A DNA stretch of 58,391 bases from an uncultured Armatimonadetes bacterium (GCA_903881535.1 CAIRTT010000055.1:1-58391), one strand, 5' to 3'; shown: positions 1-9,746, numbered from the stretch's first letter. Notes: generated from the letters alone by a model not told the origin. Program-made: numbers and translations.

Positions 1-128
1 ACATTTTGTTGATTGGGCTTGTCTCTATTCTTGCCGCAGGCTTTGTTGGCTGGGGAACGCTGGAATTTATTATGTACAAGTTGAAGAACTAACATGGCAG
101 AGGAAAAACTGGACTCTACGCTTGAAAA
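1..128. repeat. terminal overlap, copy 1 (identical to 58264..58391)
   Basis: Bases 1..128 recur exactly at 58264..58391. The break lies inside the 57867..58355 ORF, whose last codons and stop recur at 1..92. This indicates a circular or permuted assembly. Confidence 0.9.
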
Positions 129-705
129 GGTTTTGGCTTATGTAGACAGCCCGTTCAAGTTAATAGCAATCATTGTCATGGGCTTGGTTGCATTTGCGGG
201 GTATTTTGTTTGGCAGAATCAAACCGTGCTGATTGGTGCGTACCAAGAAAGCAAAAAAATGCCAACGATCTACGAAGAACGTGTAGACGATGCGGCAAGT
301 GTTTTGTTCAAACAGACTGACGCAAGGTTTGTTGCCATCTTCAAAGTTAATCCAATTCTGGGGACGCGAATCTTGCACCGCTTGTACACTAAGGACGGGC
401 GAAGCAAAGAGATGGAAGGTTTGGACGTTGGCTTGTTTACAGCGAATGTAGCGAACAACAATGATGTGGTGAAGTTAATGGCTGGCGAGACGCCATGCAG
501 TTCGTATCTAAGGCCGCAGTCTGAGTTGGGTATTTGGTATATTTCGCAGGGTGTTTCATTTACCTGCCGTATCAGTGTCCCGCCAGACCGTAGTCGGTTT
601 ATTGGGCAGATCACGGCAGGCTGGGCAGAGCAGCCGGAGAATATGGAGCATGTAGTCTCTATGTTAGAAATCGCAGCAACTATGCTTGTAAAAAGGGGTA
701 ATTAA
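94..705 (+). CDS. membrane-anchored protein of unknown function, lysis-cassette neighbour
   Basis: 203-aa ORF with its ATG 1 nt after the upstream stop. One N-terminal hydrophobic helix (PFKLIAIIVMGLVAFAGYFVW) precedes a globular domain of about 150 aa. A GAF-like impression is unverified. Confidence 0.6.
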   Translation: MAEEKLDSTLEKVLAYVDSPFKLIAIIVMGLVAFAGYFVWQNQTVLIGAYQESKKMPTIYEERVDDAASVLFKQTDARFVAIFKVNPILGTRILHRLYTKDGRSKEMEGLDVGLFTANVANNNDVVKLMAGETPCSSYLRPQSELGIWYISQGVSFTCRISVPPDRSRFIGQITAGWAEQPENMEHVVSMLEIAATMLVKRGN

Positions 706-1200
706 ATGGATTGGTTAAAGACTATTGCACCCACCATCGCTACTGCGCTGGGTGGCCCTCTTGCTGGACTGGCAATTGAAGCCGTGTCAAAAGCCATCGG
801 GATCGACCCCAAGGACGTTCAGTCCACAATCAGCGAAGGCAAATTGACTGCTGACCAGATCATGCTTTTGAAGCAGGCCGAGATCGCTATGGCGGCGCGG
901 GCGCAAGAAATGGGTCTGGACTTTGCCAAACTCAACGTGGAAGACCGCAAATCTGCCCGTGATATGCAGATTGCAACCAAAAGCTATTTGCCTCCAACCT
1001 TGGCGGTAGGCGTGACTGTTGGATTTTTTGGCATACTTGGTGGCTTGATGTACGGTCAGATAGAACACGCCCCCCAAATTGACATCATGCTGGGTTCACT
1101 AGGCACTGCTTGGACAGGCATCATCGGATTTTATTTTGGTAGCAGCGCATCAAGCCAAAACAAAGACAATCTCCTCCATCAATCAACACCCACAAAATGA
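706..1200 (+). CDS. putative holin (GTA_holin_3TM / DUF3154-like)
   Basis: 164 aa. N-terminus is MDWLKTIAPTIATALGGPLAGLAIEAV, with a central KSARDMQ motif and C-terminal hydrophobic helices. It lies directly upstream of the nuclease and endolysin genes. Confidence 0.55.
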   Translation: MDWLKTIAPTIATALGGPLAGLAIEAVSKAIGIDPKDVQSTISEGKLTADQIMLLKQAEIAMAARAQEMGLDFAKLNVEDRKSARDMQIATKSYLPPTLAVGVTVGFFGILGGLMYGQIEHAPQIDIMLGSLGTAWTGIIGFYFGSSASSQNKDNLLHQSTPTK

Positions 1201-1625
1201 ACTTACTTCCACTAGCCTTGTTGTGCCCTTTTCTGGCTATGGCCGAGCCAGTGGGCGTGATTTATAACGCAGTTATCAACCGGATCATTGATGGTGACAC
1301 TGTAGTAATCCAAGCCAACTACTTGCCAAAGCCACTAAAGCCTGAAATTGCGGTTCGTATATACGGTGTAGACACCCCAGAGAAAGGTTTCCGCGCCAAG
1401 TGCAAAGAAGAAGATGACAAAGGCCATGCCGCTACCGACTTCACAACTGCCGCCATTAAATCGGCAACTAAGTTTCAGGTGTCGCTTTTGGAGTGGGACA
1501 AGTACGGCGGACGGGTGCTTGGCGACATTATTCTGGACGGCAAGAGCCTTCGTAAGATGCTGATTGACCAAGACATGGCCAGAGAATACTTTGGCGATGC
1601 AAAGAAACCGTGGTGTACACAATGA
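1197..1625 (+). CDS. secreted staphylococcal-nuclease (SNase/thermonuclease)-like nuclease
   Basis: Signal-peptide-like N-terminus MNLLPLALLCPFLAMAEP. SNase motifs IDGDTVVI, VRIYGVDTPE and GGRVLGDI are present. ATGA overlap with the holin-like gene. Confidence 0.8.
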   Translation: MNLLPLALLCPFLAMAEPVGVIYNAVINRIIDGDTVVIQANYLPKPLKPEIAVRIYGVDTPEKGFRAKCKEEDDKGHAATDFTTAAIKSATKFQVSLLEWDKYGGRVLGDIILDGKSLRKMLIDQDMAREYFGDAKKPWCTQ

Positions 1626-2215
1626 TTACTGCTGAACAACTGGCAAAGCTAAAGATTGACCCCGAGTGGCTGGAGCCTTTAAACGACACGTTCCAGCGGT
1701 ATGACATCAGCACTCCCTTGCGGATGGCTGCGTTTATTGGCCAGTGCTCCCATGAATCCGGCGGCTTTAAGGTCTTGCGGGAAAACCTGAACTACTCCGC
1801 AGAACGGTTATGCAAAGTATGGCCTAGTCGTTTTCCTTCATTAGAAGCGGCTCAACCTTTCCACAGAAACCCGGACATGATTGCCGATAAGGTGTACTCT
1901 GGCCGGATGGGCAACAATGAGGAAGGTGACGGCGCTCTGTACGTGGGCCGGGGCTGTATCCAACTGACGGGAAAAGACTCCTACACGCTGGCTGGAGATG
2001 CGCTTGGAGTAGATTTCATGCATAGCCCTGACCTTGTGGCCATCCCCAAGTACGCAGCCCTGACCGCAGGCTGGTTTTGGAACAAGCGGGGGCTGAATAA
2101 AGAGGCCGATGCCAGGGACTACACGGGGATGACAAAGAAGATCAACGGTGGCACAATTGGTTTGGACGACCGCGTTGCGCATATCAACACGGCCCTTGGT
2201 GTTTTAACTGCTTGA
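1622..2215 (+). CDS. endolysin, glycoside hydrolase family 19 (chitinase-like)
   Basis: Motifs FIGQCSHESGGF, GRGCIQLTG and KKINGG. The ATG at 1622 forms an ATGA overlap with the nuclease stop. An alternative GTG start lies at 1610. Confidence 0.85.
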   Translation: MITAEQLAKLKIDPEWLEPLNDTFQRYDISTPLRMAAFIGQCSHESGGFKVLRENLNYSAERLCKVWPSRFPSLEAAQPFHRNPDMIADKVYSGRMGNNEEGDGALYVGRGCIQLTGKDSYTLAGDALGVDFMHSPDLVAIPKYAALTAGWFWNKRGLNKEADARDYTGMTKKINGGTIGLDDRVAHINTALGVLTA

Positions 2216-2223
2216 GGTAGACC

Positions 2224-4101
2224 GTGCCATTACAAAAAGTCTTGCTCAAACCCGGCGTAAATAGGGAAAATACTCGTTACACCAACGAAGGCGGGTGGTA
2301 TGAGTCGGACAAGGTTCGTTTTCGCCAAGGTACACCCGAGAAAATCGGGGGCTGGACACAGTACAGCACTTCAACATTTCTAGGCCTTTGTCGATCGCTA
2401 TGGAACTGGTTCACACTGGCAGGCCAAAACCTTGTGGGAGTCGGCACAAACCTGAAGTTTTACATTAACCAGGGCGGAGCATACTATGACATCACGCCCA
2501 TTCGCGCATCGTCTACGATCAACAATAATCCATTTGTCGCTACCCTTAGTTCTTCTGTCATTACCGTAACCGACACCGCGCATGGCGGAGCCACGGGCGA
2601 TTTTGTGACATTCAGTGGTGCGACGAGCCTGGGCGGCAATATTACCGCCGACGTCCTTAACAAAGAATATCAGATCACTGTCCTGACAGTTAACAGTTTC
2701 ACCATCACGGTGGCAGCTACGGCCAGCGCAGCTGACGTTACAGGATCCCCTGGCGGCGGCGCATCAGTAGTTGCTGCATATCAAATTGCTATTGGCCCTG
2801 AAATCGAAGTCCCACTCGTGGGTTGGGGCGCGGGCGGCTGGGGCTATGGGCCATGGGGCGTTGGTACTTCAGCGGTCAACTCTCTTCAACTTTGGAACCA
2901 ATACAACTTTGGTGAAAACCTCCTGTTTGGCCCGCGCGGCGCGGGCATTTATTACTGGGTAGCCAGCACTGGCGTAGTGGTCAGGGGCGTAAATCTCACC
3001 ACGCTTGGTGACGCAAATACGCCCGTAGTGCAGAACTTCATCATCGTGTCGGACACGTCCCGCTTTGTGCTTGTCATGGGAACAAACGACCCCTATGCGG
3101 TGAATCCCACTGCCATGGACCCCATGCTTATTCGTTGGTCCGACCAGGAAAACCCTTTTGTGTGGATACCGTCGGCTACCAACCAAGCAGGTAGCATCCG
3201 CTTGTCTCACGGCTCTAAAATTGTCACGGCCATTCAAACTCGACAGGAAATTGTCACGTTTACCGATCAGGCGGTGTATTCTGTCCAATACCTTGGCCCG
3301 CCCTATATTTGGGGAACCCAGCTCTTGGGCGACAACATTTCGGTGTTGAGCTCAAATTGCGTGGCTCTTGCTTCAGGCATCATTTATTGGATGGGCGTGG
3401 ACAAGTTCTATATATACGATGGCCGCATACAGACACTCAATTGCGATTTGCGACGTTATGTGTTTGGGGATATTAATCTTGCACAATCAGAACAAGTGTT
3501 TTCTGGCACAAGCGAGGGGTTTAATGAGGTTTGGTGGTTCTATTGCTCGGCTAATTCCACCACCGTGGACAAGTACGTAATCTACAACTACCTTGAAAAG
3601 CTCTGGTATTACGGCACGATGGCGCGCACAGCATGGTTGGACTCCGGCTTGCTGCCCAATCCAATTGCAGCCACATATCTCAAAAATATTGTCAACCAAG
3701 AAGCTGGCGTAGACGATAACGCAACGGGAACTCCTGCAGCAATTGAAGCCTACATTTCATCGGCTGAATTTGACATTGGTGATGGCCACAACTTTGGCTA
3801 TATTTGGCGTGTGTTGCCTGATTTGACATTTGGCGATTCTGTGGTTTCCCCTAGTGGCGCACAACCCCAGGTCACAATGACGCTTTATCCCATGGCAAGC
3901 TCGGGTTCGGGCGTGGGCACCTCCGCTTCTGCTGGCATTACAAAAATAGCGGAATACAACATCACCGAAGAGTTTACGGGGATTGTGTACACGCGGGTAC
4001 GGGGTCGGCAGATGATCTTGAAGATGAGTTCCAACCAGATTGGTACAAGTTGGCAACTGGGTGCTCCACGTATTGACATTCGACCTGATGGCAGGCGCTG
4101 A
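2224..4101 (+). CDS. virion structural protein (tail-associated, podovirus type)
   Basis: 625 aa with a GTG start and GAGG 6 nt upstream. The conserved-looking N-terminus is MPLQKVLLKPGVNRENTRYTNEGGW. The Gly/Trp motif GWGAGGWGYGPWG is shared with the 51647 protein. Confidence 0.55.
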   Translation: MPLQKVLLKPGVNRENTRYTNEGGWYESDKVRFRQGTPEKIGGWTQYSTSTFLGLCRSLWNWFTLAGQNLVGVGTNLKFYINQGGAYYDITPIRASSTINNNPFVATLSSSVITVTDTAHGGATGDFVTFSGATSLGGNITADVLNKEYQITVLTVNSFTITVAATASAADVTGSPGGGASVVAAYQIAIGPEIEVPLVGWGAGGWGYGPWGVGTSAVNSLQLWNQYNFGENLLFGPRGAGIYYWVASTGVVVRGVNLTTLGDANTPVVQNFIIVSDTSRFVLVMGTNDPYAVNPTAMDPMLIRWSDQENPFVWIPSATNQAGSIRLSHGSKIVTAIQTRQEIVTFTDQAVYSVQYLGPPYIWGTQLLGDNISVLSSNCVALASGIIYWMGVDKFYIYDGRIQTLNCDLRRYVFGDINLAQSEQVFSGTSEGFNEVWWFYCSANSTTVDKYVIYNYLEKLWYYGTMARTAWLDSGLLPNPIAATYLKNIVNQEAGVDDNATGTPAAIEAYISSAEFDIGDGHNFGYIWRVLPDLTFGDSVVSPSGAQPQVTMTLYPMASSGSGVGTSASAGITKIAEYNITEEFTGIVYTRVRGRQMILKMSSNQIGTSWQLGAPRIDIRPDGRR

Positions 4102-4763
4102 TGGCCACCAGCCCAATTCAAGTTATTGTCCCGGAGCCGCCCAGCCTGCCACTGGGCACGGACCAGTACGAGCGCCGGTATCAAGATCAATATTCCAACG
4201 TTCTGCGACTGTATTTTAACCGCCTGACCAATGCGCTGAGTTCCTTGTTTGGAACAGCGGGGGGCAAGGTCCTTGGTTTTCCTTACGGGGCCTTTGAAAG
4301 CACTGTCTCCCAAACAGCCACCGCCAACATCGCCACATTGTTGACATTAAACACAACGGACTTTTCCAATGAAGTTTCGTTAGAAACGCTGTCAAAGATT
4401 AAAGTAGTCAACCCCGGCCTGTACAACTTGCAGTTCAGCGTACAAATACAGAACTTGGACAATGCCCCACAGGATATTTTTATTTGGCTGAAGAAGGGTA
4501 ATGGGGCCACCATCACCGATATTGTGGGCTCTACAGGCATTGTAGGCTTGCCCGCCCGTAAAGACCCAGCAGACCCCGCACACAATATTGTTGGCTGGAA
4601 TTACTTTATCAATATGGCCAAGGATGATTTCATCCAGATTTACTGGTCTACCACCCATGCCTCCATGAGCATCCCTGCTTATGCGGCATCTGGTACACCC
4701 ACCAAACCGTCTACGGCATCTGTCGTAGCTACACTTTCATTTGTCTCGGCTGTGTACACGTGA
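4101..4763 (+). CDS. virion structural protein, unknown function
   Basis: 220 aa with a TGATG overlap with the upstream gene. Placement in the structural block is the only evidence. Confidence 0.5.
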   Translation: MATSPIQVIVPEPPSLPLGTDQYERRYQDQYSNVLRLYFNRLTNALSSLFGTAGGKVLGFPYGAFESTVSQTATANIATLLTLNTTDFSNEVSLETLSKIKVVNPGLYNLQFSVQIQNLDNAPQDIFIWLKKGNGATITDIVGSTGIVGLPARKDPADPAHNIVGWNYFINMAKDDFIQIYWSTTHASMSIPAYAASGTPTKPSTASVVATLSFVSAVYT

Positions 4764-4811
4764 TACCATCGACCAACCCATTTTTCGCCCGTTTTAGGCA
4801 AGAGGACTGAC

Positions 4812-7800
4812 ATGGCAACAGCACCCCAACAAGGCATTATGGCGCTTCCAGAGAATGATGAAGTGGGCAAGCCCACTATTTCTCTTGAAGATTCCTACGA
4901 CGCCTCAAAAAGCGCTCTTCAAGAGGTTGCGCCAAAAGCTGCATCGGACATGGATGCTATTGTTGCTCAGCTGCGCCCACAGTTGGAAAAACTGACGGAT
5001 GAACAGTTGGATCAGATGATTGCAATTGTTAAATCCTTGCATGACCACCCGCAAGACTACGAAAAAGCCATCAAAGATCTGACTTCCAGCGGCCAGTTGG
5101 AAGCAGGCGATCTGCCTGACAAATACGACCCAGAGTTCTTGGCAGTGGCATTGAGCCTGTTGATGGAAACCAAGCGCTCTCGCAAGGGCGGCGGCTCTAT
5201 GCCCATGGCCCAAGCGCCAATGCCCCCGGAGCAACAGTTTGCCCGCGGCGGTATTGCCAATGCAGCCCAATCTATGGCTGCGCAAGGCCGTTTTGGCGAC
5301 TCCATGTTGGCGCACATTTCGCCAAAAGAAGCCGACCTTTTAAAACAGCATGGCGGTGCGGGGACCATTAACCCTGCAACGGGCCTGCCCGAATATTGGA
5401 ATCCGCTACAAGATATTGGGAATGCTTTTAGGAGCATCGGCAACGCAGTCAAGAGCGTCCTACAAAGCTCCGTGGGCCGGGTCATTGCCACAGTTGCACT
5501 GGCCGCGTTCCTTGGCCCAGGGGCCTTTGGCATTACAGGGATGGGGCTATCTGCTGGCGTAGCTGGCGCAGCTGCTTCTGGCCTTGTCACCGCGGCAGCG
5601 GGCGGCAGTCTTAAGGACTCTTTGAAATCCGCCATGATGGGTTACTTTGCCGCCCCCGGCGGTCCTGTTTCCAATTATGTAAGTGGCGCAATAGGTGGTG
5701 CAACAGGTCTCGCCGGAACCGCTTTGAATGCCGCAACCAGCGGCGTTATTGGCACGGCCGGCGGCTTGTTGTCTGGCCAGAAGCTGAGCGATGCAGTTCG
5801 CAGCGGCTTGACTGCTGCTGCAGTTACCGGCGGCTCTCAATATGCTCAGGCTTCTGCTGGGGCACCAAACATGGCCCCGGTGGAAAGCCGCGGATTTACT
5901 GATGTTCCAGCTGCTCCTAATTTAGCGGTTACCCCAGAAGCTGCCGGTGCTCCTGTTGCAGCCTCCGGGACTGCTCCTAATTTAGCGGCTAACCCGACAG
6001 CGGCTGGTGCCCCTACTCCCGGGGCAAACGTTTCCGTTTCAAACGTTGAGTTTGAGCCAAATCCAAACTATAAAGCACCTGCCCCTTCCCCCGCAGGTAC
6101 AGTAGAAGCGCCACACGTCCCATCGGTGGGCGAAGCTGCCTCCACCATTGGCAAAGGCCTGGGCATCGGCGAAGGCAATTCATTTAATTTGGACACATTG
6201 AAACAAGGTGCATCGGACCTATTTTCTCCGTCGCTATCTAAAGAACAGTTGATGCAGACAGATGCATATAAGAGCGCGATTAACTCGGGATCCTCGATGT
6301 CCAAGGCCCTTGACGAGGCCGGCAAAGTCTACAACCCTGGAATGCTGCGCTCCTACGGCCCCGGCGTGGCCGCAGGTATTGCTGCGTTGGGCGCAACCGG
6401 TGGTTTCTCCCCAAAATCGGTGCCTATGTCGGCCGAAGCACGTGCAATGATTGATCACTTCAATGCCCAACGCGCGGATGTAGCCAACAATCCTGGAAAA
6501 TACAAATTGCAAAATGTGCCGGGAGCACAGTACGACGAAAAAGGCAACATTATTGGCAATCAGGCATGGACGCCCACTCGTATTTCCCCACAAGATACAT
6601 CCGTTGCAACTCCCAAATACTATTCCCACGGCGGGATTGCTGCGCACTTTGCGGATGGGGGTGCGGCTGACCCCACTGATGCAGAAACATTGAGAGCTCA
6701 AATCCAAGCAGGCCCCCAGACGCAAGATGCCTTGAATCGGGCACTTACGACATACACACCTGAGCAGCTGTATGCGGCGTTCCCTGAATTCGCCTCTTCT
6801 AACCGCGAAGAAGGGCTCGCCCAGTATGCCAAGGCAGCAGAAGACGCACGCCAATTTATGGCTGGGTCTTCATCAGAAACTGGAATAGCTAACACCGCGC
6901 CAACCTTAACCCCACCGGCAGAAGACTCCAGTCGAGAAAAAGCCAGTAGCGCAGGCGGCACTAGCACAAAACTGGACCCCAATGATGCAAAAGCATTGAG
7001 GGCCGCAATTCAAGCAGGGCCACAAACACAGGATGCGTTAAACGAGGCTTTTATGACGTACACGCCTGCGCAGTTGCAGGCCGCTTTCCCTGAGTATGGA
7101 TCAGTTGAAAAATACAACACCGCTTCGGGAAAAGCATATAGCGACATGGAAATAAAAGCCCGCGAAGCAGGGCGCGAGGCAATGTTTGGCCCCGGAGGTT
7201 CTGCACAGGGCCGAAGCGTAGTTGTCAGCCCTGACGACTGGTCTAACCCCAATCATGTCCTTACTCCAGCGGAACAAGAAGCAAAACGTCTTCAGGATTT
7301 GGTTTCTGGGTATAAGGGCGTATCTAAGGTTCCTCAGGCTGAAATTGATGCGGCAAAGGCTGCGGCCCAGCAAGCGGTCAAAGACGGAAAGCTGTCACAA
7401 GCAGATTACGATTTCTTGGTTTGGCGGACAAACGAAATCAACCCAATGTCGCAGCAGAAGATTGGTCAAGATTATGCTACGCAAGGAACAAACCCCTATA
7501 GCCAAGAAAGCTGGAGCATAGCAAAAGAAGCCAACGCAAAAGCTGCCCGGCAAGCGCAACTGTATAAAGACAACGGCCTTCAGTTTCAAACGCCTGATTG
7601 GCAGACCCCTGGTTATGCAGACAGGCAAGCCAAGCGGGACGCAGACCAAGCAGCAAGGGATGCCGCACAGCTTGCGGCATGGAATGCAATTCCCGCTAAC
7701 CAACGACCGGTTGTAGGCCCGGGCAATGTGACATCCCCCGGACCCGTAACATCCCCCGGACCAATAACATCCCCCGGACCAGTAACACCCCCTGTTCAAA

Positions 7801-8285
7801 CACCGGGACCGGTAGTCGTGCATCCACCTGCGCCATATGTGCCGCCAGGGCCTACAACTTCTACCGCCCCGCCCGTAGTAGCTGCCCCAAGCCAGCAAGG
7901 ATACCCAGTTGATGTAACGAAATTGGCCGGGTATAACACGTCATGGACGCCTGCGCCAAACCCGTGGGCCAACATCTTTACACCTGTCACCCAAAAGTAC
8001 AACGTCAACCCCTACAATGTTACGCCCCCAACTGGAACCTCTCCGACTGGGAAAGCGACGGGCGGTATTGCTACTTTGGCGTCTAAAGGTTATCCTCGAC
8101 GCACAGGACAAGTAGAAGGCCCGGGGACCGAAAAGTCTGATTCCATCCCTGCAATGCTGTCTGACGGCGAGTTCGTCATGACCGCGAAAGCTGTACGTGC
8201 TGCAGGTAGTGGCGACCGTCGCGCTGGTGCGAAAAAAATGTACGCACTCATGCATCAATTGGAAAAAAACGCTTCTCGAGGCTAA
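4812..8285 (+). CDS. large Ala/Pro/Gly-rich virion protein (internal/ejection candidate)
   Basis: 1157 aa with internal duplications and (V/I)TSPGP tandem repeats. Contains repeated GGIA motifs, GDSMLAHISPKEADLLKQHGGAGTINPATGLPEYW, and the C-terminal motif DSIPAMLSDGEFVMTAKAV. Confidence 0.55.
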   Translation: MATAPQQGIMALPENDEVGKPTISLEDSYDASKSALQEVAPKAASDMDAIVAQLRPQLEKLTDEQLDQMIAIVKSLHDHPQDYEKAIKDLTSSGQLEAGDLPDKYDPEFLAVALSLLMETKRSRKGGGSMPMAQAPMPPEQQFARGGIANAAQSMAAQGRFGDSMLAHISPKEADLLKQHGGAGTINPATGLPEYWNPLQDIGNAFRSIGNAVKSVLQSSVGRVIATVALAAFLGPGAFGITGMGLSAGVAGAAASGLVTAAAGGSLKDSLKSAMMGYFAAPGGPVSNYVSGAIGGATGLAGTALNAATSGVIGTAGGLLSGQKLSDAVRSGLTAAAVTGGSQYAQASAGAPNMAPVESRGFTDVPAAPNLAVTPEAAGAPVAASGTAPNLAANPTAAGAPTPGANVSVSNVEFEPNPNYKAPAPSPAGTVEAPHVPSVGEAASTIGKGLGIGEGNSFNLDTLKQGASDLFSPSLSKEQLMQTDAYKSAINSGSSMSKALDEAGKVYNPGMLRSYGPGVAAGIAALGATGGFSPKSVPMSAEARAMIDHFNAQRADVANNPGKYKLQNVPGAQYDEKGNIIGNQAWTPTRISPQDTSVATPKYYSHGGIAAHFADGGAADPTDAETLRAQIQAGPQTQDALNRALTTYTPEQLYAAFPEFASSNREEGLAQYAKAAEDARQFMAGSSSETGIANTAPTLTPPAEDSSREKASSAGGTSTKLDPNDAKALRAAIQAGPQTQDALNEAFMTYTPAQLQAAFPEYGSVEKYNTASGKAYSDMEIKAREAGREAMFGPGGSAQGRSVVVSPDDWSNPNHVLTPAEQEAKRLQDLVSGYKGVSKVPQAEIDAAKAAAQQAVKDGKLSQADYDFLVWRTNEINPMSQQKIGQDYATQGTNPYSQESWSIAKEANAKAARQAQLYKDNGLQFQTPDWQTPGYADRQAKRDADQAARDAAQLAAWNAIPANQRPVVGPGNVTSPGPVTSPGPITSPGPVTPPVQTPGPVVVHPPAPYVPPGPTTSTAPPVVAAPSQQGYPVDVTKLAGYNTSWTPAPNPWANIFTPVTQKYNVNPYNVTPPTGTSPTGKATGGIATLASKGYPRRTGQVEGPGTEKSDSIPAMLSDGEFVMTAKAVRAAGSGDRRAGAKKMYALMHQLEKNASRG
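7728..7799 (+). repeat. 18-bp tandem repeat x4 encoding (V/I)TSPGP
   Basis: Units are gtgacatcccccggaccc, gtaacatcccccggacca, ataacatcccccggacca and gtaacaccccctgttcaa, read directly from the sequence. Confidence 0.85.
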
Positions 8286-8288
8286 AAC

Positions 8289-9740
8289 ATGGCAGATCCA
8301 ACAGTCACCCAACAGATAGTCTCCGAAAGCCCCGCAATAGAGGCTTATAAAACGGGCCTTTTAGAGGCGGGAAAAAACCTTACAGATGCCACGGCAAAAA
8401 ACTATGCCGCGGGAAACCCGCTTCTTCCAAACTATCAAGTTGCAGGCCTTTCGCAGGACCAAAAAGATGCGATGGCCATGGGCAAACAGGGCATCGGGGC
8501 GTATACCCCGATGGTTACTGCCGGGGGCCAGAGCCTTGGTGCAGGGGCCTCGTTCCTTGGCCAAGCTGCTAATACGCTGCAGGCCGCAGACACTCGCAAC
8601 CAGTTTGGTGGCGCTCAGGAGTTATACAACCAGGCCGGCCAGACAGCGGGCCAAATTGGTAACTTAGCCAACGTAGCCAACACGGGCCTTGATTACATTA
8701 ACGCAGGCTCCCAGGGCCTTGCACAGGCTCAGCAGCAAGCTGCCTCCGCCACACAAAACGCCGAGCCACAGTTTACAGCAGGTCAGGACACACTGCGGCA
8801 AGGTATTGGTGCATTGCAGGGTGCGGCTCAGGCGTATGATCCCAATAGCGCCCAGGGTTTCATGAATCCGTATCAGCAGCAGGTCATTGATGCGTCCATG
8901 CGCCAAATTGATCGGCAAAATGCAATTGCCCAACAGGGTGTGCAGGCCCAAGCGGCACAGGCGGGCGCGTTTGGCGGCTCTCGCGACGCGATTCAACGCG
9001 CCGAAATGCAAAGAAACGCAGCTGACCAGAAAAACTCCGTCATTGCTAACTTGATGAATCAGGGCTATACACAGGCTCAGGCCCAAGCACAGACCGCATT
9101 TGAGCAACAGCAGGGCCGTCAATTGCAAGCAGGTAGCGCCATTGGCCAAGCCGGGGCAACTCAGGGTTCTTTGGCTGCGCAGCAAGCAGGTGTGGGCCAA
9201 TCGGGTGCCAACTTGCAAGGGCAGTTGGCCAGCTCCCAAGCAAATCTGGGTGCCCAAACGGGCCAACTGGCCGGCACACAAGCGGGGATTTTGGGCCAAC
9301 AGGCTCAATCGCAGGGGGCCTTGGCCCAAGGTATTGGCAACTTGGCTGCTCAGCAGTTTGGCGTGGGCCAACAGATTGCCGGCGGTATTGCTTCAATCGG
9401 CACTCAAGCAGGCAATTTGGGCATGCAGCAAGCGCAGCTGGGCAGTATTGGCCAGCAGATGCAGTCCAACGATGTCAACGCTTTGTCCGCGATCGGTGCT
9501 CAGCAGCAAAAGCAAACCCAAGCAGAGACCGATGCGGCCCGCGCAACCAACGTGCAAAACGCCATGCAGCCTTACCAGCAGTTGGGTTACCTGTCGGATA
9601 TTTACAAAGGGGCCCCATCGACGCAAATGGCTGTTACGCAGCAAAGCGCCCCAGTGCCAAGCGCATTCCAGCAGATTGCCGGATTGGGTATTGGTGCATT
9701 GGGCTCCGTCGCCGCTGCCAGCAAGGCTGGACTTTTCTAA
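8289..9740 (+). CDS. Gln/Ala/Gly-rich low-complexity virion protein
   Basis: 483 aa, strongly Q/A/G biased, in the structural gene block. Confidence 0.5.
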   Translation: MADPTVTQQIVSESPAIEAYKTGLLEAGKNLTDATAKNYAAGNPLLPNYQVAGLSQDQKDAMAMGKQGIGAYTPMVTAGGQSLGAGASFLGQAANTLQAADTRNQFGGAQELYNQAGQTAGQIGNLANVANTGLDYINAGSQGLAQAQQQAASATQNAEPQFTAGQDTLRQGIGALQGAAQAYDPNSAQGFMNPYQQQVIDASMRQIDRQNAIAQQGVQAQAAQAGAFGGSRDAIQRAEMQRNAADQKNSVIANLMNQGYTQAQAQAQTAFEQQQGRQLQAGSAIGQAGATQGSLAAQQAGVGQSGANLQGQLASSQANLGAQTGQLAGTQAGILGQQAQSQGALAQGIGNLAAQQFGVGQQIAGGIASIGTQAGNLGMQQAQLGSIGQQMQSNDVNALSAIGAQQQKQTQAETDAARATNVQNAMQPYQQLGYLSDIYKGAPSTQMAVTQQSAPVPSAFQQIAGLGIGALGSVAAASKAGLF

Positions 9741-9746
9741 GGAAGT

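Noticed and set aside
1-128. Treating the terminal repeat as a biological direct terminal repeat or as a mobile-element end.
   Set aside because: The repeat boundary falls inside a coding sequence and has no flanking signals. An assembly overlap of a circular or permuted genome is the simpler explanation.
8664-9371. Long antisense ORFs inside the low-complexity virion genes. Examples: 8664..9371, 9046..9396, 10698..11564, 11607..12317, 13445..14059 and 14827..15483 on the minus strand, and 9100..9750 on the plus strand.
   Set aside because: They are nested in or overlap longer same-block ORFs. Their products are Leu/Arg/Cys/Pro-rich, typical of reverse or shifted reading of Ala/Gln/Gly-rich codons. 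They have no RBS and run against the transcription direction of the block.
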